Below are positions 57,608-64,000 of a stretch of DNA of 64,000 nucleotides, in pieces (positions within the stretch are counted from its first letter, which is position 1; each line of letters begins with the position of its first letter). The stretch is from positions 45,797 to 109,796 of the forward strand of contig CAWFMZ010000038.1 of assembly GCA_963817045.1 (NCBI GenBank), given 5' to 3'. Source of the DNA: an uncultured Alphaproteobacteria bacterium. Its GTDB lineage: Bacteria > Pseudomonadota > Alphaproteobacteria > Rhizobiales > Xanthobacteraceae. The notes below the pieces were generated by a model, which was not told the origin of the DNA, did no database searches, and saw nothing but the letters and a program-made list of their open reading frames with translations. The translations under genes were made by a program, and so were the position numbers.

Positions 57608-58007
57608 GCAATGCTGCTGGCGGAATTGGCAACGGCGCCGTGCGCATATTCTCCGGTAGCAGCGGACGTGCCACTTGTCTCTATGGCGGGGAAATATGAT
57701 CTATCTATCGCGCGAATTTTGGCCAAGAGTGGACCACGATCCTGTCATGGTGATCGACCGTGATGCGCGACGCTGCACAAGAGCATATATGATGGCGAAC
57801 GGTTGGTGCATCCTGACGAGCGGCGGAACTTGCAAGGATGGGCTTCGCATCGCCGTTAGCGTGGTCACTCTCTCTATGTGCCGCTTGAACGGTCGCTTGC
57901 AGCAACTAGGTTTCGAAGATATCGTGCCGTTCTATGACTTGGCGGAGAGTTTCCGCGGAGTGCATCCATTGTCGAATGGCTGGTTTGCGCACCGCTGTCT
58001 GCGTTAG
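57608..58007 (+). pseudogene. truncated, frameshifted ORF resembling the N-terminal Rossmann-like extension of some FkbM-type methyltransferases
   Basis: PLVSMAGKYDLSIARILAKSG in one frame joins HDPVMVIDRDARR...LQQLGFEDIVPFYDLAESF in ORF 57675..58007 (shift near 57731). No catalytic domain follows. The family assignment is weak. Confidence 0.3.
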
Positions 58008-58020
58008 ACCAGGAGAAGAC

Positions 58021-58234
58021 GGCTAAGGTTATGGGCGTTGGGAGAGATGTGTAAGGTATATTTGAATTTATGGTTGGGCAGATGAGGAGGAATGGGTTTT
58101 GATGGTTTACCTGAATGAAAGTTTTTTATTAGGAAGTGGAAGGTTTAAGAGATGAATTTTGTTAGATGGGGCTAGATGAGGTGTGAAAGTTTTGTGAGTT
58201 TAGAAGGATATTTTGGGATGGATTGAATGAATAA
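58021..58234 (+). other. 214-nt cytosine-depleted, G+T-rich tract (G74 T74 A60 C6)
   Basis: Direct base count. 37% GC against about 65% elsewhere. No ORF of 60 aa or more. 12 ATG. Repeated TAGATGRGG and TGAAAGTTTT words. Confidence 0.9.
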
Positions 58235-58235
58235 C

Positions 58236-58266
58236 GTGCGCGCACTCAGCGCGCGTTCAACGTTTT
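58236..58266 (+). repeat. hairpin direct repeat, copy 2 (GTGCGCGCACTCAGCGCGCGTTCAACGTTTT)
   Basis: Direct repeat of 57386..57415. AACGTGCGCGC-ACTCA-GCGCGCGTT hairpin. Marks the return to core-genome composition. Confidence 0.8.
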
Positions 58267-58317
58267 GATGTCCTTGATGCGGATTGCGGCAGAGGCCGCG
58301 CTGCTAGTCAGGGTGCC

Positions 58318-58665
58318 ATGGGCGACGACGATTTCCGCGATGAGATCGCGCAACTCGAAGCACGCAGCGAGGCGCTGACGGAATCGATCGCGCGCTGCGG
58401 CAAGATTTCGCTGGCCGCCAAGCTCAGCATCGCCGCCGGAGCGATCTGGATCGTGCTCGTGTTGCTGGGAGTGATCCCATTTTTCCCCGGCACCATCATC
58501 GCCGCGCTGGCGGCCGTGATCGGCGGCACCGTGCTGTTGGGTTCGAATGCGACCACGTGGACGCAAGCCGAAGCCGACCTGCGCGCCGCCGAGGCGACGC
58601 GGGCGGACTTGATCGGGCGGATGCAGTTGCCCGTGGTGGGAGAGGAACGGCCCACGTTGAATTGA
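58318..58665 (+). CDS. hypothetical membrane protein
   Basis: 115 aa with an N-terminal coiled segment and two TM segments (LSIAAGAIWIVLVLLGVIPFFPGTIIAALAAVIGGTVLL). High GC3. Confidence 0.65.
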   Translation: MGDDDFRDEIAQLEARSEALTESIARCGKISLAAKLSIAAGAIWIVLVLLGVIPFFPGTIIAALAAVIGGTVLLGSNATTWTQAEADLRAAEATRADLIGRMQLPVVGEERPTLN

Positions 58666-58755
58666 GCGCGGTACATCCCTCCCCGCTCATACCCGAGAAC
58701 GCAGACATCCGGTCATCATGCTACAAAGACACCCACCCCGTCCGAAAGAGCCTCC

Positions 58756-59004
58756 ATGCCAGATGTCCCGCCCGACCGCCTCTGCAACGATCCACGCAGT
58801 CCCTATTTCAACGAGAAAGCGCTCGCGCGCGACGTCGGCATCCGGTTCAAGGGCGTCGAGAAATCCAATGTCGAGGAATACTGCGTCAGTGAAGGATGGA
58901 TTCGGGTCGCGGTCGGCAACGCCAAGGACCGGTTTGGCAATCCGCTAACGATCAAGCTGACCGGGAAAGTCGAGCCTTATTTCAAGAATAAGAAGCCGGC
59001 ATGA
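58756..59004 (+). CDS. DUF3297 family protein
   Basis: 82 aa. PPDRLCNDPRSPYFNE...CVSEGWIRV, typical of DUF3297 as I remember it. Confidence 0.7.
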   Translation: MPDVPPDRLCNDPRSPYFNEKALARDVGIRFKGVEKSNVEEYCVSEGWIRVAVGNAKDRFGNPLTIKLTGKVEPYFKNKKPA

Positions 59005-59035
59005 TGAGATAGGCGAGCGTAAGGTAGAACGCCCC

Positions 59036-61830
59036 CTACTCCGCCGCCTGCTGCCGCGCCCCCGCCGCCTCCACCTTGGCCGCGCAGAATTTGAATTCCG
59101 GAATCTTGCCGAACGGATCGAGCGCCGGGTTGGTCAGGATATTGGCCGCCGCCTCGACGAAGGCGAACGGGATGAACACCACGCCGTCGGGGATGGCGTC
59201 GTCCTGGCGCGCGGCTAGCTCGACCTCGCCGCGGCGCGTGGTGACGCGCAGCATGTCGCCGGGCTTGAGCCGAGCTTCTCGAGCGTGCCGCGCGAGACCG
59301 AGGCGCACGCGCTCGGCTCCAGCGCGTCGAGCACGGAGGCGCGCCGCGTCATGGCGCCGGTGTGCCAATGCTCGAGCTGGCGGCCGGTGGTGAGGATGAA
59401 CGGGTAGTCGTGGTCGGGCGTCTCGTCCGGCGGCGTGAGCTTGGCTGCCACCAGCTTGCCGAAGCCGCCCGGGCGCGGGAAGCCCTTGTCGAACACCACG
59501 TCGCGGCCCGGCTGGTCCGGCGCGTCGGTCGGATAGGTGACGTGATCCTCGCGCTCGACGCGCTCCCAGGTGATGTTGTCGAGCGCCGGCATCAGCTGCG
59601 CCATCTCCTCGAACACTTCGCCGACGTGCTTGTAGTTCCACTTCTCGCCCATGCGCTGGGCGAGATCCTGGATGATCCACAGATCCTGGCGCGTGTCGCC
59701 CGGCAGCGGCAGCGCCTTGCGGCCCATCTGCACCTGGCGGTTGGTGTTGGTGACGGTGCCGTCCTTCTCCGGCCAGGCGCGAGGCCGGCAGGATCACGTC
59801 GGCATAGGAGCAGGTCTCGGTGAGGAAGATGTCCTGCACCACCAGATGTTCGAGATGGGCGAGCGCGCCGCGCGCGTGATTGAGATCGGGGTCCGACATC
59901 GCCGGGTTTTCGCCCATGATGTACATGCCCTTGATCTCGTCGGCATGCACCGCGTCCATGATCTCGACCACGGTCTTGCCGCGCTTGGGATCGAGTTTCT
60001 TGCCCCAGGCCTTTTCGTATTTGGCGATCATCTCCGGGCTCTCCACCGACTTGTAGTCGGGGAAGAACATCGGAATGAGGCCGGCGTCGGAGGCGCCCTG
60101 CACGTTGTTCTGGCCGCGCAGCGGATGCAGGCCGGTGCCGGGACGGCCGACCTGGCCGCAGATCAGCGACAGCGCGATCAGGCAGCGCGCATTGTCGGTG
60201 CCGTGGGTGTGCTGCGACACGCCCATGCCCCAGAAGATGATGGCGCTTTCGGCGCGCGCGTAAGAGCGCGCCACTTCGCGCAGCGTGTCGGCGGGGATGC
60301 CGCAGATCGGCGCCATCTCCTCCGGCGTGAAGTCCTTGATGCTGCTCGGCGAAGGGGGCGAAGCCTTCGACGTAGGTCTGCACATATTGCTGGTCGTACA
60401 GCTTCTCGGTGACGATGACGTTGAGCATGGCGTTGAGCATCGCCACGTCGGTGCCGTTCTTGAACTGCATCATCTGCCAGGCGTGGCGCTTGAGCGCCTG
60501 CCCGCGCGGGTCCATCACCACCAGCTTGGCGCCGCGCTTGGCCGCCTGCTTGAAGAAGGTGGCGGCGACCGGATGGTTCTCGGTCGGGTTGGCGCCGATG
60601 ACGATGATGAAATCGGAATTCTTGCACTCGTTGAAGGTGGCGGTCACCGCCGCCGAGCCGACGCCTTCCAAGAGCGCCGCCACCGACGAAGCGTGACAGA
60701 GCCGCGTGCAGTGATCGACATTGTTGGAGCCGAAGCCGGTGCGCACCAGCTTCTGGAACAGATAGGCCTCTTCGTTCGAGCCCTTGGCCGAGCCGAAACC
60801 GGCGAGCGCACGCGGGCCGTCGCGGTCGCGGATTTTCTTGAGGCCCGAGGCGGCGCGCTGCATCGCCTCTTCCCAGGTCGCTTCGCGGAAATGCGTGAAC
60901 GGGTTGGCCGGATCGACCAGATCGTCGGCGGATTTCGCTACGCCGTCCTTGCGCACCAGCGGCTTCATCAGGCGCTGCGGATTGCTGACATAGTCGAAGC
61001 CGAAGCGGCCTTTCACGCACAGCCGGTTCTGGTTGGCCGGGCCGTCGCGGCCGGTGACGTAGAGCAGCTTGTCGTTCTTGATGTGGTAGGTGAGCTGGCA
61101 GCCGACGCCGCAATAGGGGCACACCGAGTGCACTTCGCGGTCGGGGAATTCGCGTGCGCACGTTCTTGGCGTCGACCAGCGTCGCCGGCATCAGCGCGCC
61201 GGTCGGGCAGGCCTGCACGCATTCGCCGCAGGCCACGCAGGTCGAATTGCCCATCGGATCGTCGAAGTCGAACACGATCTTTTCGCCGTGGCCGCGGCCG
61301 GCCATGCCGATGACGTCGTTGACCTGCACTTCGCGGCAGGCGCGCACACACAGATTGCACTGGATGCAGGCGTCGAGATTGACCGCCATGGCCGGATGGC
61401 TGCGATCGGCCTCGGGATGATGGCGCTTGCCGAAGCGGCTGGTGGCGACGCCCATGCGGTCGGCCCAGGCCCAGAATTTCGACTGCGGATCGTGCGCCAG
61501 CGTCTTGCGCTCGGGCTGGTCGGAAATCAGCAGCTCGAACACCATCGCCCGCGCGGTCTTGGCGCGCTCGGAGGCGGCCTTCACCTTCATGCCGTCGCTC
61601 GGCTTGCGGATGCAGCTCGCCGCCAGCACGCGCTCGCCTTCGATCTCCACCATGCAGGCGCGGCAATTGCCGTCGGCGCGGTAGCCGGGCTCGGGCGAAT
61701 AGCACAGATGCGGGATGTCGGTGCCGAGGCGCTTGGCCACCTGCCAGATGGTCTCGCCCTCGAGCGCCTCGACTTCCTTGCCGTCGAGGATGAATTTCAC
61801 CGATTTGCCGGCGCCGTTGCCTGTGGTCAT
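59036..61830 (-). pseudogene. NAD-dependent formate dehydrogenase alpha subunit (FdsA/Fdh1A-type), four frame disruptions
   Basis: N-terminal Fe-S domains (CRACMVEI, CIQCNLCVRAC, CVACGECVQACP), then the Mo/W-bisPGD domain (VCPYCGVGC, HCTRLCHASSV). Pieces are in ORFs 60178..61830, 59592..61133, 59036..60385 and 59215..59733. Shifts are near 61150, 60360, 59775 and 59280. Confidence 0.9.
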
Positions 61831-61846
61831 TGCGTCGTGCCTTCCG

Positions 61847-63558
61847 TCACCAGGTTCCCAGCGGTTTCGACAGTTCTTCGGGAAAATACTTTAGCACGCA
61901 TAATAGCGGATTGGGCGCCGCCTGGCCGAGGCCGCAGATCGAGGCGTCGCGCATGGCGGCCGAGAGTTCCGTCAGCAGCGCGGGGTCCCAGGGGCCCTGC
62001 GCCATCAGCTTGACCGCCTTTTCGGTGCCGGCCCGACAGGGCGTGCACTGGCCGCAGCTTTCGTCCTCGAAGAACTTCATCAGATTGAGCGCGACCGCCT
62101 TCATATCGTCCTGGTCAGACAGGATGACAACCGCGTGCGAGCCGACGAAGCAGCCGTATTTTTCGAGCGTCCCGAAGTCGAGCGGCTCGTCCGCCATGGA
62201 GGCCGGCAGGATGCCGCCCGACGCCCCGCCCGGCAGATAGCCTTTGAAGGTTTCGCCGTCGATCATGCCGCCGCAGAATTCCTCGATCAGTTCGCGCGCA
62301 GTGACGCCGGCCGGCGCCAGCACCACGCCCGGCTTCTTGACGCGGCCGGAGACCGAGAAGCTGCGCAGGCCTTTGCTACCGCGACGGCCTTGCGAGACAA
62401 ACCAGGGCGCGCCCTTTTCGACAACGTCGCGGATCCAATACAGCGTCTCGACGTTCTGTTCGAGCGTCGGGCGGCCGAACAGGCCGACTTGCGCCACGTA
62501 AGGCGGACGATGGCGCGGCAGCCCGCGCTTGCCTTCGATCGACTCGATCATCGCCGACTCTTCGCCGCAGATATAAGCGCCGGCGCCGCGCCGCAGATGC
62601 AGCTTGGTGTGCGGGGACAGCCCGGCCTTCTCGGCCTTCTCCAATTCCTGCGCCAGCATCAGCCGCAGTTCCGGATATTCGTCGCGGATGTAAATGTAGG
62701 TCTCCGGTGCCTCGACCACCCAAGCCGCGATCAACATGCCTTCGATGAAACGGTGCGGATCGCGTTCGAGATAAAAGCGGTCCTTGAAGGTGCCGGGCTC
62801 GCCTTCGTCGGCGTTGACGGCGAACAGACGCGGCGCGGGTTCCGCGCGCACCAACTGCCATTTGCGGCCTGTCGGGAAGCCCGCGCCGCCGAGGCCGCGC
62901 ACGGCCGCGTCGGTGGCGATCTTGATGAGGTCGTCGCGCGTACGCTTGCCCGACGAGACAATCCTTCAGCAGCGCGTAGCCGCCCGTTTTTTGATAGGCG
63001 GCGAAATCAGCGCCGGGATGCCAGGCGTGCGGATGCTTGTTCGCTTTCACGTCGGCCGCAACTTTGTCGGCCGTCGCCTTGAACGTCTGCAAGTGCCCGA
63101 CCGCGACGACCGGCGCGCGGTCGCAGGCGCCCATGCAGGGCGCGCGCACCACGCGCACGTCCTTGCCGAGAATGGCCGGCAATTTCTTCAACAGTGTCTC
63201 GGCGCCCGGCCATCGCGCAGGACAGCGAATTGCACACCCGCACGGTCACCGCCGGCGGCGCGGGTCCGTCCTTCACCACGTCGAAATGCGAATAGAAGGT
63301 CGCGACCTCGTAGACCTCGGTCTGCGCGAGCTTCATCTCCTGCGCCAGCGCGGCGAGATGGGCGGCGGACAGATAGCCGTAATGATCCTGGATCAGGTGC
63401 AGGTGCTCGATCAGAAGATCGCGCCGGCGCGGCCGGTCGGTGAGCAGCGCGCGCACCTCCTCGAGCGCCGCGGGGTCGACCTGGCGGCCCTTCGGCGTGC
63501 GCGGCGGCCGGCGGCGCTTGCCCGCTTTGTCGTCCGGCGATTGGGTCTTGAGAGCCAT
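61847..63558 (-). pseudogene. formate dehydrogenase flavoprotein subunit, NuoE-NuoF fusion (Fdh1B-type), two frame disruptions
   Basis: ATG at 63558. NuoE-like 2Fe-2S ligands VCNSLSC and APCMGACDRAP, then the NuoF-like domain (GLGGAGFPTGRKW, GAGAYICGEE, ESCGQCTPCR). Shifts are near 63205 (extra G in a G-run) and 62945. Confidence 0.85.
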
Positions 63559-63581
63559 GAACGTCTTTAGCCGGAACTCGG

Positions 63582-64000
63582 TCAGGCCACCTTTACTGTC
63601 ATATGCCGGAACATGGCATTGCGCGCTTCTTCGTCGAACTCGGTCTTGAACTTGTGCTTGCCCCTGAGCTCGTTGGCCCGCGCCGCCGCCGGCCGCGCGG
63701 AGATCTCGTCCACCAGCCGCTTCAGGTTGGGGAACTTGGCCCAGTCTTCCTCGCCCAGCGCGTTCGGAACGAGCCGCGCCCAGCCCCACAGCGCCATGTC
63801 GACGATGGTGTAGCTGTCGCCGACCACGTATTTCTGCTTGGCGAGGCGCGCTATCGAGAATGACCGAAGTGGCGCTGCGCTCTCGTAGGTGTAGCGGTTG
63901 ATGCGCGTAGGGAATCTTTCTCCGGCGCGTATTGGCGGAAATGCACCGACTGGCCGGACGAACGGACCGACGCCGGAAGCGACGAACATCAGCCAGGACA
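63582..64000 (-). CDS. glutathione S-transferase (YghU/YfcG-like), N-terminus beyond right edge
   Basis: C-terminal domain INRYTYE...LAKQKYVVGDSYTIVDMALWGW...ISARPAAARA. A ~17-codon stretch (about 63905-63955) matches the family (GPFVGQSVHFRQYAPEK) only in a shifted frame. Confidence 0.8.
   Translation of the reverse strand, partial: SWLMFVASGVGPFVRPVGAFPPIRAGERFPTRINRYTYESAAPLRSFSIARLAKQKYVVGDSYTIVDMALWGWARLVPNALGEEDWAKFPNLKRLVDEISARPAAARANELRGKHKFKTEFDEEARNAMFRHMTVKVA

Noticed and set aside
57322-57699. 125-aa + strand ORF as a real gene.
   Set aside because: There is no family resemblance. It overlaps the minus-strand degraded frame and crosses hairpin repeat copy 1. A different frame in its 3' part gives the more protein-like Rossmann segment.
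58021-58234. Explaining the C-free tract as local C-to-T deamination (or bisulfite-like conversion) of ordinary genomic sequence.
   Set aside because: Converting all C to T in sequence like the rest of this window, or even the island, would give about 45-50% T and about 17-23% A. The tract has 34.6% T and 28% A. Only 3 of the 6 surviving C are in CpG.
58011-58235. Reading the C-free tract as a CsrA/RsmA-type sponge RNA because it carries 9 GGA motifs.
   Set aside because: From the tract's own base composition about 7 GGA are expected, so 9 is not an enrichment. The motifs cannot sit in GC-closed hairpin loops because C is absent. I also have no evidence for a CsrA homologue in this lineage or window.
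58246-58566. 106-aa minus-strand ORF overlapping hairpin repeat copy 2.
   Set aside because: It is antisense to the better-supported membrane-protein gene 58318..58665 (strong GC3, clear TM helices). Its product is charged low-complexity sequence.
1-64000. CRISPR arrays, tRNA/rRNA genes, insertion sequences, integrases or prophage genes, including at the island borders.
   Set aside because: The only repeats seen are irregularly spaced REP-type palindromes, one 21-nt coding tandem repeat and the 30-nt hairpin pair. No ORF resembles a transposase, integrase, Cas or phage structural protein, and I saw no cloverleaf-like or rRNA-like sequence. A tRNAscan/Infernal run would be needed to be certain.

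Overview
This is a high-GC (about 65%) chromosomal window. Gene content and repeat families suggest a Bradyrhizobiaceae/Nitrobacteraceae-type alphaproteobacterium, which is an inference. I recognise about 65 genes. They include transport and metabolic genes (TRAP components, four orphan Bug/TctC binding proteins, acyl-CoA dehydrogenase, SDR, GGT, Dcp). A cobalt-type nitrile hydratase operon (nthA-nthB-accessory) lies next to a DUF1007/RcnA-like metal transporter pair. There is a same-strand methyltransferase cluster with an MddA-like membrane enzyme, and a disrupted TPCP-motif P-type ATPase. A polyamine module has two paralogous ornithine/lysine decarboxylases, each behind a conserved ~270-nt speF-type leader, flanking a GNAT gene and homospermidine synthase. 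Also present are metal-homeostasis genes (COG0523 GTPase, metal ABC transporter), bioB, a ~7-kb lower-GC polysaccharide (CDP-hexose) island and an FDH1-type NAD-dependent formate dehydrogenase. I recognised no rRNA, tRNA, CRISPR array, transposase or integrase. Two things stand out. First, roughly 25 single-nucleotide frame disruptions are spread over about 16 genes and are much denser inside the low-GC island. Either the consensus is error-prone or there is real gene decay. Second, at the right edge of the island there is a 214-nt tract almost devoid of cytosine on the + strand (6 C in 214 nt). It is tiled by gap-free mini-ORFs and abuts a conserved hairpin repeat, and I cannot assign it to any described element class. 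Several REP-like palindromic repeat families occupy intergenic positions, one coding 3' end and one intra-operon position.
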